In this document: positions 45,259 through 54,379 of the stretch, one piece after another
Numbering within the stretch: position 1 is the first letter of the stretch
How the letters are laid out: every line of letters starts with the position of its first letter
Source: an uncultured Chlamydiaceae bacterium
Lineage (GTDB): Bacteria > Chlamydiota > Chlamydiia > Chlamydiales > JAAKFR01
Assembly (NCBI GenBank): GCA_942490925.1
Contig: CALNYX010000017.1
Location: 1,345,159 to 1,409,158 of the forward strand
Direction of reading: 5' to 3'
DNA: 64,000 nt
The notes under the pieces: generated by a model
Told to the model about the DNA's origin: nothing
What the model saw: the letters and a program-made list of their open reading frames with translations, nothing else
The model's database searches: none
Translations under genes and position numbers: made by a program

Positions 45259-46487
45259 AAAAACTTGAATGGTCAGCCATCTGGACAGTCATCGGTGTGA
45301 TCATTCTGTTTGCTTCTGCTATTTTTGTGACCCTATGGGCTCCAAGGCATATCGATCCCAGTTGGCAACAGGCCTCTAGCACTTATCAAGTGCAGATGTA
45401 TGAAGTTTCAGATCCTAACGTCTATATCAGCACCTCGAATCCAGGCGGCTGGGGATTACAATATGTCTATCACTTGCAAAGCGGCCAAACATTGCATGCA
45501 TTTCAAGAGAGTGAAACAGTGCGTATTTTGGCTTCTAAGGAACTTGAGCCTTATGTAACGCGCCTTGGAGATCCCGACTTAAAGTTGACTTCCAAAGTCC
45601 TTTTACTCCGTCAACCCGCTTCACAAGCGGATGAAAAATCTTTTCGCAAAAAGCTGGAAGGTGATTTGCATTACGAAGTTCTTGAGCTCTATGACCCGCA
45701 AAAAGAGCAGGCATTTGCGGTGACTGAAACAGATGGTGTGATTGAAAACTGGGCAGAGGGAAATTTCAAGCTTCTAGGAGCTCAACCCTCCTACTACACA
45801 GAGCATGGTGTCATCTATATCAACAATCCCAAAGAGTATCGCGTCACCAAAACTGTTTTCCAAGGCGACCCTTACTGGCTCTATGATGAGAATGGAGAGC
45901 CGATTACAGATCTGCCTGAATTGAAGGGGGGAAGACAGGGCTTCTTATCTCGCCAAAGCCTCATCAAGATGGGTGAAGACATCTATCGGGTAGAAGGGTG
46001 TTGGTATTGCCATACAGATCAGACGCGCACACTCATTCAAGATACCGTTCTCAATGGAGCTCCAGACTATCCTGCGCCACCTTCTGCAGCCAATGAATAC
46101 ATTTATCAGCGCGTTACATTTCCAGGGACAAGACGGATTGGGCCTGACATTTCTCGTGTTGGGATTAAAAGACCACACAGGGACTGGCACCAATCACATT
46201 TTTGGTCACCCAAATCAGAGAGTAAAGGGAGTGTGATGCCAGCTTTTGGACATTTCTTTGATAATGACCCGACTGGAACAGCGCGTAACCCTTACGGCGT
46301 GCCGAATTACAAGTTTGAGGCAATTTTCCAATATCTGATGACAAAAGGAACGCGCATGTTGCCTCCAACGCAAGCCTGGTGGCTTGGTAAGGATCCAATT
46401 CAGACAATCGACATTATTGAGGGAAAACCTCTAAAAAATGCGCACATGGAATCTAGCATCGATCTTTCCAATAAGGTTCCAAAATGA
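45255..46487 (+). CDS. ccoO: CcoO-like monohaem subunit with approximately 190-aa insertion
   Basis: N-terminal TM helix, then YRVEGCWYCHTDQTR, and RIGPDISRVGIKRPHRDWHQSHFWSPKSESKGSVMPAF (compare the canonical GPDLxRVGxK...W...H...P...S.MP). ATGA overlaps occur at both ends. Confidence 0.8.
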   Translation: MKKLEWSAIWTVIGVIILFASAIFVTLWAPRHIDPSWQQASSTYQVQMYEVSDPNVYISTSNPGGWGLQYVYHLQSGQTLHAFQESETVRILASKELEPYVTRLGDPDLKLTSKVLLLRQPASQADEKSFRKKLEGDLHYEVLELYDPQKEQAFAVTETDGVIENWAEGNFKLLGAQPSYYTEHGVIYINNPKEYRVTKTVFQGDPYWLYDENGEPITDLPELKGGRQGFLSRQSLIKMGEDIYRVEGCWYCHTDQTRTLIQDTVLNGAPDYPAPPSAANEYIYQRVTFPGTRRIGPDISRVGIKRPHRDWHQSHFWSPKSESKGSVMPAFGHFFDNDPTGTARNPYGVPNYKFEAIFQYLMTKGTRMLPPTQAWWLGKDPIQTIDIIEGKPLKNAHMESSIDLSNKVPK

Positions 46488-46672
46488 TTGATAGTACAGG
46501 AGCTTATGGATTTTATTTGCATTATGCCTGCCTTTTTCTTTTTCTAATTGGTGCTCTGAGCGTATTTATTTATTTGGCATGTAAAGGGCGACTTGATATG
46601 AATGAAGATCCAAAATATCATGTCTTTGATGAGGAGCTAGAGGATGAGCGAGGAAATTCCTCCGACAGATGA
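46484..46672 (+). CDS. Mini membrane protein in CcoQ position, paralogous to the CcoS-like sORF
   Basis: 62 aa with one TM helix, then YLACKGRLDMNEDPKYHVFDEELED. This parallels YCLKKGQFEDVEETKYQVFRDDEED at 38427-38576. Confidence 0.5.
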   Translation: MIDSTGAYGFYLHYACLFLFLIGALSVFIYLACKGRLDMNEDPKYHVFDEELEDERGNSSDR

Positions 46673-46856
46673 GAAAAAAATCCCCCTATTTTTGTACATC
46701 ACTTATGTCGTGGTGTTGTTATGGGGACTGTGGGCTTTCTATGCCTACTGGAATGGCTCTCAAGGTTTTTTAGGGCATGGTTATTGGCGCCCCTTGCAAA
46801 AAGCCGCAGCAACTACGTATCCATTTGAGAAAAAGAGTCCACATCTACACTCTTAA
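46644..46856 (+). CDS. Mini membrane protein, possibly a stand-alone FixP/CcoP N-terminal anchor
   Basis: 70 aa. EKKIPLFLYITYVVVLLWGLWAFYAYW resembles the NPLPxWW...F..T...A..Y anchor region of CcoP. It overlaps the previous ORF by 29 nt. Confidence 0.4.
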   Translation: MSEEIPPTDEKKIPLFLYITYVVVLLWGLWAFYAYWNGSQGFLGHGYWRPLQKAAATTYPFEKKSPHLHS

Positions 46857-46965
46857 TACACTGACCTGTTTGCCAAAGTGAAAAAGAGCTCTCTCTCCGC
46901 AAAGAGTAAAATACCGTTGAGAGCAGCTATGGTGTCACTATCGCAAGCATGGCAAAAAAATAAGT

Positions 46966-47655
46966 TCAACTCTTAGAGAATTTTGCATAAAGAATTGTCG
47001 ACTCATAAAGTAGCATGAGAGGCAAAGCTAGAAGCAATTGAGAAAGGACATCAGGAGGCGTCAGAATTGCTGCCAGGATGAAGATTGCGAGAATGACATA
47101 GCGCCTACCCTTTGCAAGTAGAGAGGCGCTTAAAAGTCCAAAATGAACGAGAATCAGTAGGGCAACAAAGAGTTCAAAGGCGAGACCATGTGCAAGAAGC
47201 AGCGAGAGTACAAATTGCAGAGTTTTCGAAAAACTCCAGAGGTTAAGGCCTAGGGGCGCGTTGAAACGGACAAAGAAATCGATCACCAGTGGGAGTGATA
47301 CGAAATAGGCAAACAGGACACCTCCAGTGACAAAAAGAGATGAGAGAAAAAGAAAGGGAAAGATGAGTTTTTTCTCGTTTGAATGTAAAGCGGGAAGAAG
47401 AAATTGCACAATCATGTAAAGCCAAATTGGAGAAGTTGCAATGAGCGCTGCCCAAAATGAGACTTTAAGTGCTGAGGTGAAACCCTCGATTGGATTGAGG
47501 AAGACTAAATTTTCATGGACAGGGGCCAGCACCAAACCGAGCAGTTGGCGGTGGAAAATCAGGGCTATGAGGAAACCAAAAAAAAGAACACCTCCAATCC
47601 GAATAAGGGTTTTCCTTAGGATTGCAAGGTGTTCCCAGAAGGTAAGGTCAGTCAT
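46966..47655 (-). CDS. tatC: Twin-arginine translocase subunit TatC
   Basis: 229 aa with 6 TM helices and an N-terminal FWEHLAILRKTLIRI block. Confidence 0.85.
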   Translation of the reverse strand: MTDLTFWEHLAILRKTLIRIGGVLFFGFLIALIFHRQLLGLVLAPVHENLVFLNPIEGFTSALKVSFWAALIATSPIWLYMIVQFLLPALHSNEKKLIFPFLFLSSLFVTGGVLFAYFVSLPLVIDFFVRFNAPLGLNLWSFSKTLQFVLSLLLAHGLAFELFVALLILVHFGLLSASLLAKGRRYVILAIFILAAILTPPDVLSQLLLALPLMLLYESTILYAKFSKS

Positions 47656-47672
47656 CTGCTAAAACCACTGAT

Positions 47673-47840
47673 TTATTTATCAGGGGTTTCTTTCTTGTCA
47701 TCTTCAATGATGCCTTGAGAAGCCTTCTTGAATTCGCGCAAACCTTTTCCAAGGTTTTTTGCAAATTCGGGAAGCTTCTTTCCTCCGAAAAGGACCAGAA
47801 CAACCATTAAGATAACAATCAGCTCCCAACCACCAATCAT
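47673..47840 (-). CDS. tatA: Twin-arginine translocase subunit TatA/E (unannotated sORF)
   Basis: 55 aa: [43 protein letters not shown]... The ATG overlaps the stop of the upstream gene (ATGA at 47837-47840). Confidence 0.85.
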   Translation of the reverse strand: MIGGWELIVILMVVLVLFGGKKLPEFAKNLGKGLREFKKASQGIIEDDKKETPDK

Positions 47841-48379
47841 AGTGCTAGTTGTTTGAGTCTTTCACCGATTAGGTTCAACTCTTTCTTGAATTTATCCAAT
47901 TCTTCTTTCCCTTTTGGTGCCTTTTCAAACTCCTGCAGACGGCCCGCAAAGTGTTGCAAAAGGTGCACTGTGTTTTGCGGATCTGAAAGAAAGAGAAACT
48001 CTTCTCCGTCAATCCGGCGAATACGATTGAGCAACGCACTCTCTTCTTGCTGTGTGACGATATCAGAAGTGATGATATTGATGAATTCACCACGCTCATA
48101 GATCTCTTTTGCCAAGCGAGCAGGGATTGTAAAGAGTTTGATGATCTCTTCTAAAATCTCCTGATGCTTCTCATTTGCCAAGTTCCCTTTGATCTGACCT
48201 GTGAGTAGAGTCTCAAACAGATAGTTAGCAAGATCTTGGTTTTGGTTGGTGCATGTGAGAATCACATTTTGCAATTCGCGAAACGTAGAGCGTGTGATGT
48301 TCATCGCAAAGATCCGCTTGAGATGTCCTTCAAATAGGGTCAAAATGCGATCATCTAAACTGACCATTTGTGCTGTCAT
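47837..48379 (-). CDS. CT584/Cpn0803-family protein (T3S-associated in Chlamydiaceae)
   Basis: 180 aa. Blocks [30 protein letters not shown] and [17 protein letters not shown] match what I recall of CT584. Its position after the gp6D-like gene and near thrS is consistent with that assignment. Confidence 0.5.
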   Translation of the reverse strand: MTAQMVSLDDRILTLFEGHLKRIFAMNITRSTFRELQNVILTCTNQNQDLANYLFETLLTGQIKGNLANEKHQEILEEIIKLFTIPARLAKEIYERGEFINIITSDIVTQQEESALLNRIRRIDGEEFLFLSDPQNTVHLLQHFAGRLQEFEKAPKGKEELDKFKKELNLIGERLKQLAL

Positions 48380-49089
48380 TTTACTAATCCTTTTAGTGTA
48401 TTAAGTTGTTGTGAAATAAGTTTTTTCTGGTCATCAGACAAGTGAGCAGAAGAGGCCGCTTCAATCAGGCGATTGAGAGCTTTGATTAACCCCTCACCAA
48501 CGTTTTCACGTCGTTTGTCTGTTTCATTTAAAGGGAATGTTGTACGAATCAAAGAGATCATCTGCTGCTTGGTCTCTCCTTTGTAGTTCCGCACGATTTC
48601 CTCTTTCTTTTCGAGCTCACCATCTCGACTAGCTAATGTATAAACAGCCTGCCTAGGCATTGACTCAACTTGTGCGCGCAGTTGTTGTGGCACTTGAGAG
48701 TAAAAATCGAAATATTGAAGAAAATTGTAAGGTGTTTGGCGGTTGCCATAAGTTGTCATCAACCAAGCTGTAAATGCTCCCTCACGATATTTCTTCAAAA
48801 TCGTTTGGGCTCGCTTGATCCGCTCACCATGTAAAATAGCAGCTTGGTTAGTGATTGCTTTCACTTCACGCGTGACAGCAATCAGGTCATCTAAATCGTC
48901 ATCAAGAGCACTCTCTTCTTGAGTATATTTTTCAAGAATATGAGAGAGTTCAGCGCGCTCTTTTTCTCCAAAATCACCCATTCGAAACTGACCTGAAAAG
49001 ACCGCAAGATCTCTTTCGGGTTCGTCTTCTTTGGGCTTCTCTTTTCTCTTCAAGAAACGGTCTTGTAACATCGTAGTGAGCTTGGCCAT
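48376..49089 (-). CDS. pGP6-D-related (chlamydial plasmid paralogue family) protein
   Basis: 237 aa. The central region VKAITNQAAILHGERIKRAQTILKK...FTAWL...PYNFLQYFDFY...ESMPRQAVYTLASRDGELEKK parallels pGP6-D as I recall it (IKSIQKQHVLLLGEKIYNARKIL...FSSWI...AYNALAYYELF...QSIPYKSAYILAARKGDLKTK). Confidence 0.6.
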   Translation of the reverse strand: MAKLTTMLQDRFLKRKEKPKEDEPERDLAVFSGQFRMGDFGEKERAELSHILEKYTQEESALDDDLDDLIAVTREVKAITNQAAILHGERIKRAQTILKKYREGAFTAWLMTTYGNRQTPYNFLQYFDFYSQVPQQLRAQVESMPRQAVYTLASRDGELEKKEEIVRNYKGETKQQMISLIRTTFPLNETDKRRENVGEGLIKALNRLIEAASSAHLSDDQKKLISQQLNTLKGLVK

Positions 49090-49199
49090 ATCAGTATCAT
49101 CTCGTTAAAGGTTCATTTGTAGAGGCGCCTTTGACTATGTCGCGGCTTTACAGTCTTGAGGGAAATGTAACATATCACCATTTTTTCAAGAAGGAATTT

Positions 49200-51095
49200 T
49201 CATCCTTTGCGGAGGCTCTTCTCTTGTTGGATCTTAGAAATAAAAGCATCTAGCGCCATCTCGCCATGGACAACGTTATCGCGGCTGCGCAGTGAAATTG
49301 TTTGATTTTCCACTTCTTTATCCCCAATGGTGAGCATGTAGTTAACCTGTTCGAGCTGAGCGAGTCGAATTTTTTTGCTGACAGACTCGTGACTCTCATC
49401 GATTTCACAATGAAAATCACTCAAAGCTTCTCCAAGCTTACGAGAGTATTCAAGGTGACGATCCGCAACTGGAATGATGCGCACTTGTCTTGGGCTGAGC
49501 CAGAAGGGAAACTTCCCGCCAAAGTGTTCAATCAAGATTCCTAAGAAGCGTTCAATTGAACCGTAAAGCGCGCGATGAATCATGATGGGGCGTGAGCGAT
49601 TACCCTCTCGGTCAACATACTCCAAATCGAAACGCTCAGGAAGCGCCATGTCGAGTTGAATGGTTCCACACTGCCAAGTACGTCCAATTGCGTCGCGGAT
49701 ATGCAGATCGATTTTAGGACCATAAAATGCGCCTTCTCCTTCGCTGATCACGTATGGCTTTTCGCTACGGTCAAGTGCGTTTTTGAGAGCAAGAGTTGCA
49801 TGCTCCCACTGCTCATCTGTCCCGATTGTATCTTCATCAGGACGAGTCGAAAGTTCTAAATGATAGTCCAAACCAAAAACAGAATAGATCTCATCAACCA
49901 GCTGGAGTACGCGTAAGATCTCATCTTCAATTTGCTCTGATTCCATAAAGATATGCGCATCATCTTGGTGAAAGCTGCGCACGCGCATCAATCCTGAAAG
50001 GGCACCAGAAGCTTCGTGGCGATGAACCAGTCCAATCTCTGCAATCCGCAGAGGAAATTCGCGATAACTGTGCATTTCTGAGCGGTAAAGCAACATGCAG
50101 CCAGGACAATTCATAGGCTTGATCGCAAACTCACGCTCTTCAATCGCTGAGGTGTACATGTTTTGGCGGTAATTTTCCCAGTGACCCGACTTCTCCCAAA
50201 GCTCACGGCGCATCATCACAGGCGTTTTGATCTCGAGATAGCCGGCTCTTCGATGACACTCATGCCAAAAATCTAAGAGTGCCTGCCACACAAGCATCCC
50301 CTTTGGATGAATGAATGGCATGCCTGGAGCCTCTTCATTGTGAGAAAAAATTCCAAGTTTTGGACCGAGTATTTTATGGTCCCGTTTTTTAGCTTCTTCA
50401 AGTTGACGGAGATATTCACGTAAGAGCTTTTTGTCAGGAAATGTGACAGCGTAAATGCGAGTGAGCATCTCACGGTTGCTATCGCCACGCCAGTAAGCAC
50501 CAGAAGTTTTCAACACTTTCAAAGCGCGTACTTTTCCAAGATTGGGAATGTGCGGACCGCGGCAAAGGTCGTAAAACTCACCTTGGCGATAAGCTGTCAT
50601 CTCAACATCCTCAAATCCTTCGATCAACTCTGATTTATAAGGGTTATTGCTAAAGGCCTGTAAAGCAGCTTTTCTGTTAGCCAAAACCTCACGTTCTGGC
50701 TTGTAATTCTGCTTGACAATCGCTTCCATCTCTTTTTCGATTTTTCCAAAATCTTCATCTGAGATGTGTAAGTTGGCAAAGTCATAATAGAAACCTGTTT
50801 GAATCGGTGGGCCGATCGTTGGCTGAGCATCTGGCCAGAGACGAAGGACAGCTTGAGCCAAGATGTGCGCAGAGCTATGCCAGTAGATCTCTTGTCCCTC
50901 AGGATCACTAAAGTTCCAAAGACGCACCTCATCACCCTCTTTCAGCGCATGTGAAAGATCAACAGACTTTCCGTTGACGCAAGCAGCGAGCGCTTGGTCA
51001 GGAGCGGTTTGATTGAGCTGTTTGGCGAGATCTTCCGCCGTGCTCCCTTCAGGAAGCTCAACCATCTTTTCTTTAATACGAACAGTAATTCCCAT
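49200..51095 (-). CDS. thrS: Threonyl-tRNA synthetase
   Basis: The track ORF runs to 51164; the TGS-domain N-terminus starts at ATG 51095 ([18 protein letters not shown]). Class II motifs and the anticodon-binding domain are present. Confidence 0.95.
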   Translation of the reverse strand: MGITVRIKEKMVELPEGSTAEDLAKQLNQTAPDQALAACVNGKSVDLSHALKEGDEVRLWNFSDPEGQEIYWHSSAHILAQAVLRLWPDAQPTIGPPIQTGFYYDFANLHISDEDFGKIEKEMEAIVKQNYKPEREVLANRKAALQAFSNNPYKSELIEGFEDVEMTAYRQGEFYDLCRGPHIPNLGKVRALKVLKTSGAYWRGDSNREMLTRIYAVTFPDKKLLREYLRQLEEAKKRDHKILGPKLGIFSHNEEAPGMPFIHPKGMLVWQALLDFWHECHRRAGYLEIKTPVMMRRELWEKSGHWENYRQNMYTSAIEEREFAIKPMNCPGCMLLYRSEMHSYREFPLRIAEIGLVHRHEASGALSGLMRVRSFHQDDAHIFMESEQIEDEILRVLQLVDEIYSVFGLDYHLELSTRPDEDTIGTDEQWEHATLALKNALDRSEKPYVISEGEGAFYGPKIDLHIRDAIGRTWQCGTIQLDMALPERFDLEYVDREGNRSRPIMIHRALYGSIERFLGILIEHFGGKFPFWLSPRQVRIIPVADRHLEYSRKLGEALSDFHCEIDESHESVSKKIRLAQLEQVNYMLTIGDKEVENQTISLRSRDNVVHGEMALDAFISKIQQEKSLRKG

Positions 51096-51162
51096 AATAA
51101 GAGAAAGAATCTTATACAAAAGCGGTTGAAAAGAAAAGCGCAAAGATTCAGAATCGCCTCTC

Positions 51163-52239
51163 ATGAGACAAAAAACTGCTCTTATTACAGGGATTACGGG
51201 TCAAGATGGCGCTTATTTAGCAGAATTTCTGCTTGAAAAAGGGTATGCTGTTCATGGGATTGCCCGTCGCAGTTCGACTCCTAACACCAGCCGTATTCAA
51301 GCTCTTCTTGCTGATGGATTGACGCTTCATTTGGGCGATTTGACAGACGCCAATAGCCTTTTTCAAATATTGGCAAAAACAGAGCCTGATGAAATCTATA
51401 ATTTGGCTGCGCAAAGCGATGTGGCAGTCTCTTTTGAAAATCCTGAATATACAGCCAATGTCAATGGCTTGGGGACCATTCGAATTTTAGAGGGGCTTCG
51501 CACCCTTGGATTGAAAAGTCGCTTTTACCAGGCCTCGACATCTGAGCTTTATGGACTTGTACAGCAAGTTCCTCAAACAGAGAAAACACCTTTTTACCCT
51601 CGTTCTCCCTATGCGGTTTCGAAGCTATATGCTTATTGGATGACAGTGAATTATCGTGAATCCTACGATTTTTTTGCTTGCAATGGTATTCTCTTCAATC
51701 ACGAATCTCCAAAACGGGGCGAGAACTTTGTCACACGCAAAATCACCCGAGCTCTTGGAAAAATCATGGTTGGACTTCAGGATTGCCTCTATCTGGGTAA
51801 CCTCGATGCAAAACGTGATTGGGGGCATACGCGCGACTTTGTCGAAATGCAGTGGTTGATTATGCAGCAAGAGAAGCCAGATGATTATGTCATTGCAACG
51901 GGCAAACAGCACTCTGTACGTGACTTCGTGACACTTGCAACTAAAAAACTTGGGATCACCCTTCGATTTGAGGGGCAGGGAATTACTGAGCGAGGCATCA
52001 TCGAATCGATTGACTCCTCTTATCCACATACACTTTGTCCTGGAACAACGATTGTTACTGTTGACCCCCGTTTCTTTCGCCCTGCAGAAGTTGATACCCT
52101 GCTTGGAGATGCAACGAAAGCCCATGAAAAACTTGGCTGGAAACCTAAGATCTCTTTTGAGCAGCTTGTTAGCGAGATGGCTCATGAAGATTTTTTGCTC
52201 GCTAAGCAAGAGGCGCGCCTTGAAGAGGTGCTTGCTTGA
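51163..52239 (+). CDS. gmd: GDP-mannose 4,6-dehydratase
   Basis: [28 protein letters not shown], the SDR catalytic context ([12 protein letters not shown]) and NHESPKRG are present. Confidence 0.9.
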   Translation: MRQKTALITGITGQDGAYLAEFLLEKGYAVHGIARRSSTPNTSRIQALLADGLTLHLGDLTDANSLFQILAKTEPDEIYNLAAQSDVAVSFENPEYTANVNGLGTIRILEGLRTLGLKSRFYQASTSELYGLVQQVPQTEKTPFYPRSPYAVSKLYAYWMTVNYRESYDFFACNGILFNHESPKRGENFVTRKITRALGKIMVGLQDCLYLGNLDAKRDWGHTRDFVEMQWLIMQQEKPDDYVIATGKQHSVRDFVTLATKKLGITLRFEGQGITERGIIESIDSSYPHTLCPGTTIVTVDPRFFRPAEVDTLLGDATKAHEKLGWKPKISFEQLVSEMAHEDFLLAKQEARLEEVLA

Positions 52240-53258
52240 AGCTCTGTGTTGATGCGCGGCTTTTACATGCATCGGGCATTGGCACCTTTCTTAAAAATCT
52301 CCTCCCTTATTTTGACAAAGAATTAGATCTCGTTGTGCTCCATAAAGAGGGCGAAGATGTGCCTTATGCAGGCATCCCAATGAAAAGCCGGATTTACACG
52401 ATTGCAGAACAGTGGGAGCTCTTTCGAAAAATCCCCAAATGCGATCTCTTTTTCTCCCCCCATTACAATATTCCGCTCTTGCCAATTCGAGCAAAAAAAA
52501 GAGTTGTAACCATTCACGATGCTTATCCACTCGCATTTGCCCAAACATTGACCTTTGCCCAAAAGGCCTATGCAAAACTCTTTTTTGCTGCTGCGATGAA
52601 ATACTCGGATCAAATCGTGACAGTATCGGAGTTTTCGAAACAAGAGTTGCAAAAGTATTGCCCTTCCCAAAAGCCTATACATGTCATTCCCAATACACTT
52701 TCCCCTCAGTTTACTTACCAAGAAGGGGCAAAAGATGAGGAGTACCTCCTTTGTGTTGGAAATGTAAAGCCGCACAAGAATTTATTGCGTCTGGTGCAGG
52801 CTTATGCCCGGCTGATGCCAAAGGAGAAGCTGCTCATCATTGGGAAGAAAGAGGGGCTTTTAACGCGAGATGAGACCGTTTTAGATTTTGTTGAGCAGCA
52901 TCTTAAAAATCGGATCATTTTTACAGGTTACGTACCAGACAAAGAGTTGCCAGCTCTCTATTCCGGAGCCAAGTTATTTATTTTTCCTTCTTACTATGAG
53001 GGGTTTGGTTTTCCTCCGCTTGAAGCGATGGCCTGTCACTGTCCTGCTCTTGTCGCTAGAGCAGCTAGCCTGCCTGAAGTGTGTGGTGATGCTGTTGAAT
53101 ATGTCGATCCTCTTTCGGTTGATTCTATTTACGAAGGGATGAAGAGTCTTTTACAAAATCCCTCAAGAAGACTAGAGTTGGTGGAAAAAGGAAAAGAGCG
53201 TGCTGCCCAGTATCATCCTGAAAGCTCAGCTCAACGCTACATTGAGCTTCTATGTTAG
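52236..53258 (+). CDS. Glycosyltransferase family 4 (GT-B, GT1 clan)
   Basis: C-terminal [20 protein letters not shown] (E-x7-E region). ATGA-type overlap with gmd. Confidence 0.8.
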   Translation: MKLCVDARLLHASGIGTFLKNLLPYFDKELDLVVLHKEGEDVPYAGIPMKSRIYTIAEQWELFRKIPKCDLFFSPHYNIPLLPIRAKKRVVTIHDAYPLAFAQTLTFAQKAYAKLFFAAAMKYSDQIVTVSEFSKQELQKYCPSQKPIHVIPNTLSPQFTYQEGAKDEEYLLCVGNVKPHKNLLRLVQAYARLMPKEKLLIIGKKEGLLTRDETVLDFVEQHLKNRIIFTGYVPDKELPALYSGAKLFIFPSYYEGFGFPPLEAMACHCPALVARAASLPEVCGDAVEYVDPLSVDSIYEGMKSLLQNPSRRLELVEKGKERAAQYHPESSAQRYIELLC

Positions 53259-54379
53259 TGAAAGAAAGAGGAAACTCCCGACTTAGACTTATCGATCGTT
53301 ATCTGGGTATTCCGATTATTTTCTTACTTGGTTTATTTAGAATTAAGAGAAAACAGATTCCCCATTTCCAATCTATTGCACTACTTAAAACTTCTGGGAT
53401 TGGAGATACGGTTCTTCTCTCAGGTGTGATCGAGGATTTGAAAAGACAATTTCCTGGGAAAAAAATCACTCTATTTACCGGGCATCTAAACTTTGAAATG
53501 GGGAAGTTGATTTCGGGGTGTCAGGTCATTTCTCTTCCAGTCACGAAACCTTGGCAAGCAATACGCATTTTACGGCAACATCAATTCGATCTATGGATGG
53601 ATTTTGGGCCATGGCCACGGATTAATGCATTATTATCCTATTTTGCTCGAGCCAAATACAGAGTTGGGTTTAAAACTGCTGGGCAATTTCGACACTATAT
53701 TTATGATAAAACGATTTCTCATAGCTTCAAGAGGCATGAAATTGAAAACTACCGTGATTTTGTGCGCATGTTGGGAATTTCAAAGCATTCCTTTCCAACA
53801 ATTGGATGCTGTAAGGTACAATCAGTAAAAAAGAAGCGTATTGCACTTCATCTTTTCCCTGGAGGATCACGCGCTTATTTGAAGATGTGGCCAGATCACA
53901 AATGGGAAGAGTTGATTCATTATCTAGGCCAACATGGCTATGAAGTGATATTTACCGGATCAGGGAAAGACCGAAACGCTATTGAAAAATTCCTGAGTGG
54001 GAATTCTCAACAAATTAACTTAGCTGGAGAGCTTACTTTACAAGAGACAGCAGAATATCTAACTTCTTGTGAATGTGTTATTAGTGTTGATACTGGCATC
54101 ATGCATCTTGCAGCAGCCTTAGGATGTCAAGTGATCGCTTTACATGGACCAACTTCCCCAAATCGTTGGGGTGCAGTTGGGAAAAAAGTGACTGCAATTA
54201 CACCTGACATCGACTATACTCCTTGCATTCAGTTAGGGTTTGAGGCTAAATGCCAAGCAAATCGATGTATGCAAGCAATAGAATTGAAACAAGTTACAAA
54301 TATATTAAGAGGTTTAGATGAAGTGTTTGATTCTGGCGGGGGGGAGCGGGACGAGGCTATGGCCATGGTCTCGAAGTAA
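53252..54379 (+). CDS. Glycosyltransferase family 9 (heptosyltransferase-like)
   Basis: GIGDTVLLSGVIEDLKRQFP and VSVDTGIMHLAAALGCQVIALHGPTSPNRWG blocks are present. Confidence 0.75.
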   Translation: MLVKERGNSRLRLIDRYLGIPIIFLLGLFRIKRKQIPHFQSIALLKTSGIGDTVLLSGVIEDLKRQFPGKKITLFTGHLNFEMGKLISGCQVISLPVTKPWQAIRILRQHQFDLWMDFGPWPRINALLSYFARAKYRVGFKTAGQFRHYIYDKTISHSFKRHEIENYRDFVRMLGISKHSFPTIGCCKVQSVKKKRIALHLFPGGSRAYLKMWPDHKWEELIHYLGQHGYEVIFTGSGKDRNAIEKFLSGNSQQINLAGELTLQETAEYLTSCECVISVDTGIMHLAAALGCQVIALHGPTSPNRWGAVGKKVTAITPDIDYTPCIQLGFEAKCQANRCMQAIELKQVTNILRGLDEVFDSGGGERDEAMAMVSK

